Source: an uncultured Ectothiorhodospiraceae bacterium
GTDB taxonomy: Bacteria; Pseudomonadota; Gammaproteobacteria; CAMYNG01
DNA: 64,000 nucleotides
Assembly: GCA_947259765.1 (NCBI GenBank)
Contig: CAMYNG010000014.1
Location: forward strand, 4,549-68,548
Reading direction: 5' to 3'
Below the pieces are notes generated by a model that was not told the DNA's origin, did not search any database, and saw nothing but the letters and a program-made list of their open reading frames with translations. This document shows, one piece after another, positions 18,413 to 26,120 of this stretch (positions within the stretch are counted from its first letter, which is position 1; the number at the start of each line of letters is the position of its first letter). Made by a program: the position numbers and the translations under genes.

Positions 18413-21400
18413 TTACGGCCGTTCGAGGATTGTCTCCTCGACATCCGTTGTAGGTAATATTTCGTCAGACCCCACTGCCGGTTCTTGCTGTTCCGTTGAG
18501 AGTTGCTGTTTCCACTTCGATAACAAACGTTGGTATTCCGATTCCGCCTCATCCCTGACGCGCGTATTGGCGTGACTGCGTGCTGCCGCCATGCCAGCCA
18601 GTTGTTTGTCGCGTTCGGCTGCTGCGGCAGCGGCAGCGACAGCGGCGTCGACTTCTTCCGGTTTTTTCGTGTGCGTCTCTTGCGGTTCAACCCAGGACGC
18701 CACTTTTTCGACGTCAACATAGGTTTCACTGTTTATGGCGACAAAGCCCAGCACGCCTACCATGACCACACTGGCGGCGATGGCAATCACCGAACGTTTG
18801 TGGCGTTTGAAGGCGGATTCCTCGCTACTGTCCTTATTCTCCTGGGGGCCCGGTCGAACGGCGTTTATGGGCGCCAGTGAGCTGAAGTCATACTCGCTGC
18901 CGTCGCCATCGGTGATCTCGATTTCGTGCGAATCGGCGGAGCTGTTTACCGTGAACGACGGAATATCGTCATCCTGCTTTTTCTTGCTACGAGCGGAGCG
19001 CGTGGGTCGCTGTTCATCAGCCGCGGTAGATAAATTCGGGATATCATCGTCTTCATCGTCCTCATCATCGATCTCCTGGACGGATTTCGGACGTTGGAAA
19101 ATGAAAATGTCTTCTTCGCCCTCAAGTATGGTTCTGCCCTTGACTTCGCGAACCTGCGTACGGGCCAGCGACATGCCGTCGGCAACCGTACCGGGCTCCG
19201 TTACCTGGCGCTGTCTATCGGCTTCGTGCAGCTTGCTGACAATCTCCTCCGCCATTTCTCGTGCCTTGGCTTCGGATTGCTCACGCGCAGCCTGACGGCG
19301 GCGCTCGGCTTCGAGGCGTTCACGGGCTTCCTGTTCGGCCTGAATCGCTTCCTCTGCACGTCGGCGCGCCTCAGTCTCGGCTTCGGCCTTGGCGCGGGCG
19401 GAGTTCTCTGCCTGGCGGCGGGCTTCTGCTTCGGCTTGGGCCCTGGCGGCGGCCTCCGCTTCGGCACGCGCGAGTTCAGCGGCTTTGGCTTCGGCACGTG
19501 CACGTTCCGCGGCTTCCGCCGCTTCGGCCCTGGCGCGTTCTGCAGCTTCACGCCTGGCCTGTTCGGCCTGGGCTCGCTCGACGGATTCGCGCTCGACCTG
19601 GGCACGCGCTGCGGCTGCGGCTTCGGCACGGGCCCGTTCCGCGGCTTCGGTTTCGGCTTCGATTCGTCTGCGCTCGGCGGTTTCTGCTTCAATCCGGGAG
19701 CGCTCGGCAACTTCGGCTCTGGCACGTTCCGCAGCTTCGGCTTCCGCACGGGCCCGTTCTGCGGCTTCCGCTTCAGCCTTCGCACGTGCCTGGGCGGCGG
19801 CTTCGGCTTCCATTTTGGCGATGGATGCGCGGGCGGCGGCGGCCTGTGCTTCGGCTGCTTCCTCCGCCTCGCGACGAATACGCGCTGCGGCTTCAGCTTC
19901 CTCACGCGCCTTGGCGGCTTCTTGGGCCATTTGCTGACGGGTGAGGGTCAACTCGTTACGTAAACGCTCGGCTTCTTCGCGGGCCTGCTCCCGAATGGCT
20001 TCCGCTTCAGCGCGTAGACGTTGGGCATCCTCTTCGGCCTGCGCGCGGGCGGAGGAAGCGGCTTGCGCGGCGGTCAGCGCTTCGTCACGCGCAGTTTGAC
20101 GCTCGGCCTCGAGTTCTTCCTGTCTTTTGGAAGCCTCTTCGGATTGTGTCCGGATACGAGCCAGTTCTTCCTCTGCCAGTTTGCGTGTGGCCGAGGCATC
20201 GGCGCGCAGTTTTTCGGTTTCCGCCACCGCTTGTTGCTTGGTGAGTTCGGCGTCCTGTTTCAGGCGTTCCGCCTCAGAGAGGGCCTGTTTACGCAGTTCT
20301 TCGGCTTTTTGAGCCCGCTTGGCCTCTTGTTCGACACGTTGCTTGGCTGACTCCAATTCACGGTTGTAGCGGTTTTGGTTTTCTTCCAGTCGTTTGGCTT
20401 CGGCAAGTGCTTGTAGCCGAGCTTCCTCGGCCTTTTTCGCGCGTGCCGACTCTTTTTCGGCACGTTTGCAGGCGGCGTCAAGTTCCGCGGTGTAGTGAGT
20501 TTTTTGCATGCGCTGCATGCGTTCGGCTTCATCCAGCGCTTTCTTGCGCGACTCCTCGGCCTTCTTGGCGCGTTCGGCTTCCGCTTCGGCGCGTTTCCTT
20601 GCGGCCTGCAGTTCACGGTCTTTTTTCGCCTGGTTTTGCTTTTTGATCTTTTCCGCGTCTTTCAATGCCTGCTGGCGCGCTTTCTCTGCTTCCTCTGCGC
20701 GTCGAGCCTGCTCCGAGGCGTGTTTTCGCGCGGCTTGAAGCTCCGCCTCTTTACGTGCAATTTCTTCTTTCTTCAAATTTTCCAGTTCGCGTCGTGCTTC
20801 TGACTTTGCAGCTTCCGCCTGCGCGGTTTTTTCCGCCAGGTCTTTCGCCTGCTTGCGTAATTGTTCCGCCTCTTCTTGCAGCTTGGTGCTGGCCTCGTCC
20901 GCGATCACGGTCTGTTTTTGCGCAACGGTTCTAACCGAGTCTTTAAAACCGCCTGAAGTTGTACTGGGTTTTGAGCTCGTGTCGCCAGACTTCGGTTCTT
21001 CGGTGGGCGTTAACGGTTTCTGTCGCGGTTTAAGAGTGGATTTCTTTTTTGCTTTCGCAGGCTTTGACTCCGCTTCGAGGTTGACGATATTGCCATCTTG
21101 TCCGGTGGTGGCCAATTTACTTACGTTGAGACCGCCTTGTAGCACCTTGCACTTAAGGCCCTGCTGCGTCAGTAAAAACGCCGCCGCAGCACTTAAGGTG
21201 CCGTCGTTGCAATAAAGGATATAGTCGCGTTCCGGATTCAAAGAGTTCACCCGCGTCCGCAATGCGGACAGGGGGATATTGGTCGCGCCGGGCAGAGTGT
21301 TCTTCTGGAATTCAGCGTTGGTGCGCACGTCGAGCAGATAACTTCCGCCATTGATTAACGTTGTCGCGGAGGCGTCATCGATATAATCCAGCAATGGATC

Positions 21401-22243
21401 CACAAGTAGCGGAATAAAATCGTCCTTGTGCAGGCGCATTAACGTGCCGTCTTCCAACATTGTCACGGTGGCATTACGCTTGCCATTCGTGATCAGGGCT
21501 TCTTCACCAAAACCGTCGCCGTTGGACAGAATTGCGAGCCGCACATCTGACGCTTTACGCGTTGGTCGGCGCGAAACGGCGCATTCGCCTCGTTTGACAA
21601 TGTAATAGTAGTCATCATCTTCACCCTGCTTGACGATAACCGATCCCTTTTTGGCTCTTATCTCTTCCATGCTGATAAGCAGACGCTGAATGTTTTCCGT
21701 CGGCAGATGCAGGAAGGTGCTCGATTGCAGAAAGCGCAGCATCCAGTCGTTGGTCTGGTCTTCTGCGCTGTGTTCGGTCACCTGGTAGGAGTCGAAGGAA
21801 TGATCGCCACACAACAGGATATCGAGTAAGTCCGGGTCGACCACAAACACCGTAACGGGTGTTTTTGCTCTGGCGGTGCAGCAGCGTGGCAGTTTGTCTG
21901 AAATCGCTTTGACAGTGTCGGGCGTTTTGGCCTTGATTAGTGTGGTGCGCGGCTTACCGATCTCGGAGAGTTCGATCTGCCCCTGCATGAGGAAGAAGTG
22001 ACGCTTGTCGCGTTCGCCCTGGCGAAACAAAGTCCGTCCGGCCGGATACTCCTCAATGGAAGATTTATCTATAATTTCTTCGAACTTGTCGGCCGTCAAT
22101 TCATTGATCGGTTCGAAGGTTCGCAGCATTTTGCGATCGACTTGTTTTTGCGGTTGTGCCATTTGCCTGTCCCGGGCGCGGTGATCCCCAGCGTCTAGAG
22201 TGAGTGAGTCATCGTGCTTTGTCGCGAAAACCAAAATACCCAA
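18413..22243 (-). CDS. Giant multidomain protein: 2x cNMP-binding domain, rhodanese domain, ~600-aa Ala/Glu/Arg/Lys coiled-coil repeat (TolA-like), C-terminal TM anchor and short periplasmic tail
   Basis: CAP-family cNMP-binding motifs appear twice (FRQGERDKRHFFLMQGQIEL; VIVKQGEDDDYYYIVKRGECAV). A rhodanese active-site loop is present (YILYCNDGTLSAAAA). There are long runs of AEAEAAERARAEAE repeats, and a single TM helix SVIAIAASVVMVGVLGFVAI near the C-terminus. An alternative start (MAQPQKQ) lies at 22162. Confidence 0.85.
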   Translation of the reverse strand: MGILVFATKHDDSLTLDAGDHRARDRQMAQPQKQVDRKMLRTFEPINELTADKFEEIIDKSSIEEYPAGRTLFRQGERDKRHFFLMQGQIELSEIGKPRTTLIKAKTPDTVKAISDKLPRCCTARAKTPVTVFVVDPDLLDILLCGDHSFDSYQVTEHSAEDQTNDWMLRFLQSSTFLHLPTENIQRLLISMEEIRAKKGSVIVKQGEDDDYYYIVKRGECAVSRRPTRKASDVRLAILSNGDGFGEEALITNGKRNATVTMLEDGTLMRLHKDDFIPLLVDPLLDYIDDASATTLINGGSYLLDVRTNAEFQKNTLPGATNIPLSALRTRVNSLNPERDYILYCNDGTLSAAAAFLLTQQGLKCKVLQGGLNVSKLATTGQDGNIVNLEAESKPAKAKKKSTLKPRQKPLTPTEEPKSGDTSSKPSTTSGGFKDSVRTVAQKQTVIADEASTKLQEEAEQLRKQAKDLAEKTAQAEAAKSEARRELENLKKEEIARKEAELQAARKHASEQARRAEEAEKARQQALKDAEKIKKQNQAKKDRELQAARKRAEAEAERAKKAEESRKKALDEAERMQRMQKTHYTAELDAACKRAEKESARAKKAEEARLQALAEAKRLEENQNRYNRELESAKQRVEQEAKRAQKAEELRKQALSEAERLKQDAELTKQQAVAETEKLRADASATRKLAEEELARIRTQSEEASKRQEELEAERQTARDEALTAAQAASSARAQAEEDAQRLRAEAEAIREQAREEAERLRNELTLTRQQMAQEAAKAREEAEAAARIRREAEEAAEAQAAAARASIAKMEAEAAAQARAKAEAEAAERARAEAEAAERARAEVAERSRIEAETAERRRIEAETEAAERARAEAAAAARAQVERESVERAQAEQARREAAERARAEAAEAAERARAEAKAAELARAEAEAAARAQAEAEARRQAENSARAKAEAETEARRRAEEAIQAEQEARERLEAERRRQAAREQSEAKAREMAEEIVSKLHEADRQRQVTEPGTVADGMSLARTQVREVKGRTILEGEEDIFIFQRPKSVQEIDDEDDEDDDIPNLSTAADEQRPTRSARSKKKQDDDIPSFTVNSSADSHEIEITDGDGSEYDFSSLAPINAVRPGPQENKDSSEESAFKRHKRSVIAIAASVVMVGVLGFVAINSETYVDVEKVASWVEPQETHTKKPEEVDAAVAAAAAAAERDKQLAGMAAARSHANTRVRDEAESEYQRLLSKWKQQLSTEQQEPAVGSDEILPTTDVEETILERP

Positions 22244-22318
22244 AATAATTAGGGTTTTGGGGATTTAAACAGCCGAATCTCCCCTCAATGAATCTTAGAA
22301 GACAATTCATGTCTTCGT

Positions 22319-22334
22319 TGTGACTGCCTTCACA
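22319..22334. promoter_or_regulatory. Perfect CRP/FNR-family palindrome TGTGACTGCCTTCACA upstream of the giant cNMP-binding protein gene
   Basis: The sequence matches TGTGA-N6-TCACA exactly. It lies ~76 nt upstream of the 22243 start codon (minus strand) in the tonB/giant-gene intergenic region. An adjacent 8-bp inverted repeat GAAGACAATTCATGTCTTC lies at 22298-22316. Confidence 0.55.
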
Positions 22335-22397
22335 AACGGCTGATTTTCTTGTTATTCGGGTTTCAGCGGTTTGGACGGAGTCGACGAGCTCATTGGC

Positions 22398-23360
22398 TCA
22401 GGAGGGGAGAAATACGACCGGGTAGGTGACGGTAATGGTGCCGACGCTTTTACTGCCAAAATTGAACAGTTTTATTCGCGACATCAGACGTTTTTCCAGC
22501 GCAGGCGAGTTGAGTTCACTTGAAACAACACTGATTTTAGTGATTTTGCCTGACGGGGCGATAGTCAGTTTTAACACCAGTTTGCCCTGCAGCGAGGGGT
22601 CGGTACGGAGTGCCCGGGAGTAGATCCGATCAATGGCGCCCTTGTTCTTATCAAAGATCAGCTGAATTTCCTCGTCCGTACGCCCGGCCTTGCGCGACTT
22701 TTTGCCGCCCAGGGTGCTTTGGTTTTTGCTGCTGATGTTGCTGGAGACCTTGGTGGACTCGCGTTTCGCCAGCTTTGTGGACTCCGCGGTACGGGCCATG
22801 CTGCCAGTATTGATGCCGCCGGACGCAGTGCCCGCGCGTGCAGTCAGGAGCGACTCCGTACCGGTACCACTGGCGGTTACCGCGGCCGCGCTTTGACTTA
22901 GCTGCCCTTTGCTGGTGCTGCTGACGTCAAAATCATCCCGCAAGTCAGACAATTCGTCCGTCCACGCTAGTGCTTGCTGTGCCTTCTTACGTGCCGCTTC
23001 GGAGGTATCAACCTTGGGCTTGGGCTTGGGTTTCGGTTTGGGTTTTTCCTTTTTGGCGACCTTTTCTTTCTTCTTCACCGCTGGTTTTTTCTTCTCAACC
23101 TTGGGCTTCGGTTTGGCCTTGGGTTTTGGCGGCGGTGGAGGTGGTTTCTGCTGCCGTTCAAGGATCACCTTGGCCAGACGCGGTGGAACTTCCTCAAGTT
23201 TTTGTCGGTCTACCTCAGGCACAGGCAGGATTGAGAGAATGATACCGAGCAAGGTCGCCACAAGTAGGCTGGCGACCACCATGCGTTTAAAACGAATATC
23301 GGTGTCAAGATCCGCCCACGGCAGGATGGGATCACGAACATAGTAGTCCGCATAGGCCAT
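22398..23360 (-). CDS. tonB: Energy transducer TonB (Pro/Lys-rich spacer, C-terminal TonB domain)
   Basis: N-terminal TM helix, a PPPPPPKPKAKPKPKVEKKKP spacer, and a conserved C-terminal TonB-fold segment (GKLVLKLTIAPSGKITKISVV...GTITVTYPVVF). Confidence 0.85.
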   Translation of the reverse strand: MAYADYYVRDPILPWADLDTDIRFKRMVVASLLVATLLGIILSILPVPEVDRQKLEEVPPRLAKVILERQQKPPPPPPKPKAKPKPKVEKKKPAVKKKEKVAKKEKPKPKPKPKPKVDTSEAARKKAQQALAWTDELSDLRDDFDVSSTSKGQLSQSAAAVTASGTGTESLLTARAGTASGGINTGSMARTAESTKLAKRESTKVSSNISSKNQSTLGGKKSRKAGRTDEEIQLIFDKNKGAIDRIYSRALRTDPSLQGKLVLKLTIAPSGKITKISVVSSELNSPALEKRLMSRIKLFNFGSKSVGTITVTYPVVFLPS

Positions 23361-23872
23361 CAGTTAACACCTCCAGCGGAACTTGACCGTTGTACGACCG
23401 CAAGGGAGATATCCGGAAAATTCGCCTGCGCGCTGGTTTGCATGATGCGTTTCAGGAGTTTGTAGGGAATCTCCCGATCACCCACGATGGTGATCTTGCC
23501 GCGCTTCTTCGCATCCTGACCTGCGCGTGCTGCACGCGCCGAGTGAAAGTTCAGTTCTGTGAGCAGCGGTTTGATGACGCCCTTGCCGCCGTTTGTCGCT
23601 TTGTCGATGCTGACGACGGGACGACCTTGCACCAGGATATCCGACTCATTGACTAAGATCGTGACGGTTTCCTTGGGTTTTTGTTCGGCACTCGATTCGG
23701 GTAATTTCACCGATTTGGTGCTGGGCAATACCTCGACTTCGGAAGAATTGACCAGCAGGAAAAACACCAGGATGGTAAAGATGTCCATCAGGGAAACCAT
23801 GTTCAAGCCTACATTGCGCTTTTTACGCTTGTAGTGCTGTTGCATCCGCTTTGCGCGGCGTGACATTTTCAT
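23360..23872 (-). CDS. exbD: Biopolymer transport protein ExbD/TolR (copy 2)
   Basis: The pattern INVTPLVDVMLVLLIIF typical of ExbD is seen as GLNMVSLMDIFTILVFFLL. Length ~170 aa. Confidence 0.85.
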   Translation of the reverse strand: MKMSRRAKRMQQHYKRKKRNVGLNMVSLMDIFTILVFFLLVNSSEVEVLPSTKSVKLPESSAEQKPKETVTILVNESDILVQGRPVVSIDKATNGGKGVIKPLLTELNFHSARAARAGQDAKKRGKITIVGDREIPYKLLKRIMQTSAQANFPDISLAVVQRSSSAGGVN

Positions 23873-23890
23873 GGTGTTTATTTCCTGCTC

Positions 23891-24397
23891 TTAACGGCTT
23901 TTGGTCGTGCGCGGCGCGTCGCCAATGGAAATGTCCGGAAACAATTCAGCGTTAATAGCCTCGCCGAACTGCACGCTCTTAAACATGCGCACGGAATCCA
24001 TGACCTGGACCAGGGTGTCGTAGGACGTGTCCGGCTCAGATAAAATACTGGCGGCGGTTTTATCCGGGAAACGCGCTTTGACCTGTTGCAAAAGCTTGGA
24101 GAGCGCAACGTAGTCATGCTTATCGCTTTTTTTCGGGATGCGTTTAATCAGGCCGCCGCGTGAGTCGGCAATCTCCAGCGCCGGATCGCGGATAATTACT
24201 TGTAGGTGGAACTCCGGTTTCTCTGCACCCTTGGCGGTATTCCCCGTGGGGAGATTGAGTTGCAGGATCGCAACCCGCGAAAATACGGCCGTGATCAATA
24301 GGAACGGTACCAGGATCACCATCAGGTTCATAAACGCGGTGATATTAAGTTCGGCGGCCTCTATGCTACGGCTGCGCCTTGCTCGAAAACGTCGCAT
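23891..24397 (-). CDS. exbD: Biopolymer transport protein ExbD/TolR (copy 1)
   Basis: ELNITAFMNLMVILVPFLLI TM motif. Length ~168 aa. Confidence 0.85.
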   Translation of the reverse strand: MRRFRARRSRSIEAAELNITAFMNLMVILVPFLLITAVFSRVAILQLNLPTGNTAKGAEKPEFHLQVIIRDPALEIADSRGGLIKRIPKKSDKHDYVALSKLLQQVKARFPDKTAASILSEPDTSYDTLVQVMDSVRMFKSVQFGEAINAELFPDISIGDAPRTTKSR

Positions 24398-24399
24398 GG

Positions 24400-25041
24400 T
24401 CAGGAGCTAGTGGTCTTGTCCGTGATCAGGTTGACGAATTTAACGCTCGCCATTTCCAGACTATCGACGATTTCCGTGGTCTTGGTTTGAATCACCGTGT
24501 ACACAAGTAAAAGCGGAATCGCGACCATCAAACCAAACGCCGTGGTGTTCATGGCCACCGAAATACTCGATGACAACAAGTCGGCTTTTTGCGACGGGTC
24601 GGCATTGGATACTGCGGTAAAGGCCTGAATAAGACCGATGATTGTGCCCAGAAGTCCCAGCAGTGTCGCAATGTTGGCAAAGGTCGCCAGATAGTGAGTA
24701 CGTTTCTCCAGCCGCGGCAGGACTTCCATCATGCCTTCTTCCATGGCCATCTCGATATCATCACGTCGTTTGGCAGTTTTCATTCGCGCCAGGCCGTATG
24801 ACAGGATCTGGCTGATAGCCTGATTGGATTTCGACGTGATGTTGAATGCGCCCTGGTAATCGCCGCGTTTTAACATCGGCAGGATTTTGTTCATGAGCCT
24901 GCGGTTGTTGGTCTTGGCAACGGACAGGTAAATGTAGCGTTCAAGTGCAATTGCAACGCCGAGCGCGAGTACCAACATGATGGGGTACATGAAAAGTCCG
25001 CCTTCCTGAAAAAAGCCGACAATACTGGTGTACACGTTCAT
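24400..25041 (-). CDS. exbB: MotA/TolQ/ExbB proton-channel family protein
   Basis: Three TM helices. The conserved C-terminal channel region is TLLGLLGTIIGLIQAF...AFGLMVAIPLLLVY. Confidence 0.9.
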   Translation of the reverse strand: MNVYTSIVGFFQEGGLFMYPIMLVLALGVAIALERYIYLSVAKTNNRRLMNKILPMLKRGDYQGAFNITSKSNQAISQILSYGLARMKTAKRRDDIEMAMEEGMMEVLPRLEKRTHYLATFANIATLLGLLGTIIGLIQAFTAVSNADPSQKADLLSSSISVAMNTTAFGLMVAIPLLLVYTVIQTKTTEIVDSLEMASVKFVNLITDKTTSS

Positions 25042-25203
25042 TCCTAAATCTCCCAGTACATTTTACTAAATGTGTGTAAGTTGAAAGTTGGATCCGGAAG
25101 TTTTCTGGGCCAAGCCTTCGAAGTCAGCTTGCGGCCGAACCGGTTGGCGACTTTTATTTATAGTCGCCGCTGCTTTTTTAAAAACTAGGTTTTGTACATC
25201 CAT

Positions 25204-25485
25204 TTACTCTGTCAGCTGATAGTGGAATTTCACCTGGCGCTGGAACACATCCCGTTCTATGGGTGACAAAGCATCATTAATGAGCTGGTTCAGCGGTAAC
25301 TCACTGGCATTGGGTAATTCTGATTGTTGCCAGGGCACAATATACAACACTTTGGGTAACTCACGATTACCTACTACGGTAGTACCTTCCAGATTGACGA
25401 CTTCCTCGGCGTGTACCGCAGCAGACAAAAACAACGGCAGACAGGCTAGCAGGACTGGCTGAAAAAAACATTGTTTAACTCGCAC
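25204..25485 (-). CDS. Small secreted hypothetical protein (93 aa) upstream of exbB
   Basis: Signal peptide MRVKQCFFQPVLLACLPLFLSAAVHA. No recognised domain. Confidence 0.4.
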   Translation of the reverse strand: MRVKQCFFQPVLLACLPLFLSAAVHAEEVVNLEGTTVVGNRELPKVLYIVPWQQSELPNASELPLNQLINDALSPIERDVFQRQVKFHYQLTE

Positions 25486-25499
25486 TTCGATTTCCTCCG

Positions 25500-26120
25500 T
25501 TAGCCGGATTTAGCGGCACGACGTTCAATATCTACAATCCATTTCGCGACCTGCTTATCAGAATCGCCAGTTAAAGATTGATACCGCTTGTATTCCTTAA
25601 GCGCCTGTTTCGCATCTTTAAGATAAATATCATACAGGATACCAAGGTTAAGATGCGCAGATGCGTAGTCTGTTTTAATTTCCAAGGCACGTTGGTAGGA
25701 TTTTTGTGCCTCAGCAAACTTGCCCTGGCGTCGGTAAACGATGCCCAGAACGTTATGTCCAACCGCGTTGCCCGGGTTTAACGCCAGCGCCTTGGTCAGT
25801 TCCTTTTCCGCCTGCGGTAATTTATTTTCACGTAAATAAAGAATACCCAGATTAACGTGAGGTCCGGCCAATTCCGGTTGGCTGCTTGAGATTTGTTTCA
25901 AGGTAGACAACGCGCGTTGTGATTGGCCCGACTGAATAAGCGATAGCGCGTACTGGTAACGAGTATGGGTGGCCGGGGTTATCGGCGGCGGTGGCTTGCT
26001 GGCTACCACCGGCTCGGTGGTTTGGCACCCTGAAAGAAAAGCAAACACTACAAATAAAAGGAAGACTAGGGTGTTAGTGGATCTCACGTAAATACTCCTC
26101 GCTTCGCTCCTGCCGGGCAT
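25500..26120 (-). CDS. TPR-repeat lipoprotein
   Basis: Lipobox-like FLSGC and three to four TPR motifs (GPHVNLGILYLRENKLPQAEKELTKALALNP...). The start overlaps the upstream gene, so the true start is uncertain. Confidence 0.7.
   Translation of the reverse strand: MPGRSEARSIYVRSTNTLVFLLFVVFAFLSGCQTTEPVVASKPPPPITPATHTRYQYALSLIQSGQSQRALSTLKQISSSQPELAGPHVNLGILYLRENKLPQAEKELTKALALNPGNAVGHNVLGIVYRRQGKFAEAQKSYQRALEIKTDYASAHLNLGILYDIYLKDAKQALKEYKRYQSLTGDSDKQVAKWIVDIERRAAKSG

Noticed and set aside
19094-19963. Cluster of long ORFs (19094-19963+, 19201-19905-, 19261-19944+, 19389-19937+, 20021-20803+) overlapping the giant gene
   Set aside because: All lie within the GCN/GAR repeat DNA encoding the AEAE coiled coil. 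Their products are low-complexity Pro/Arg/Ala/Ser strings. The minus-strand 1276-aa frame is the only one with domain content.
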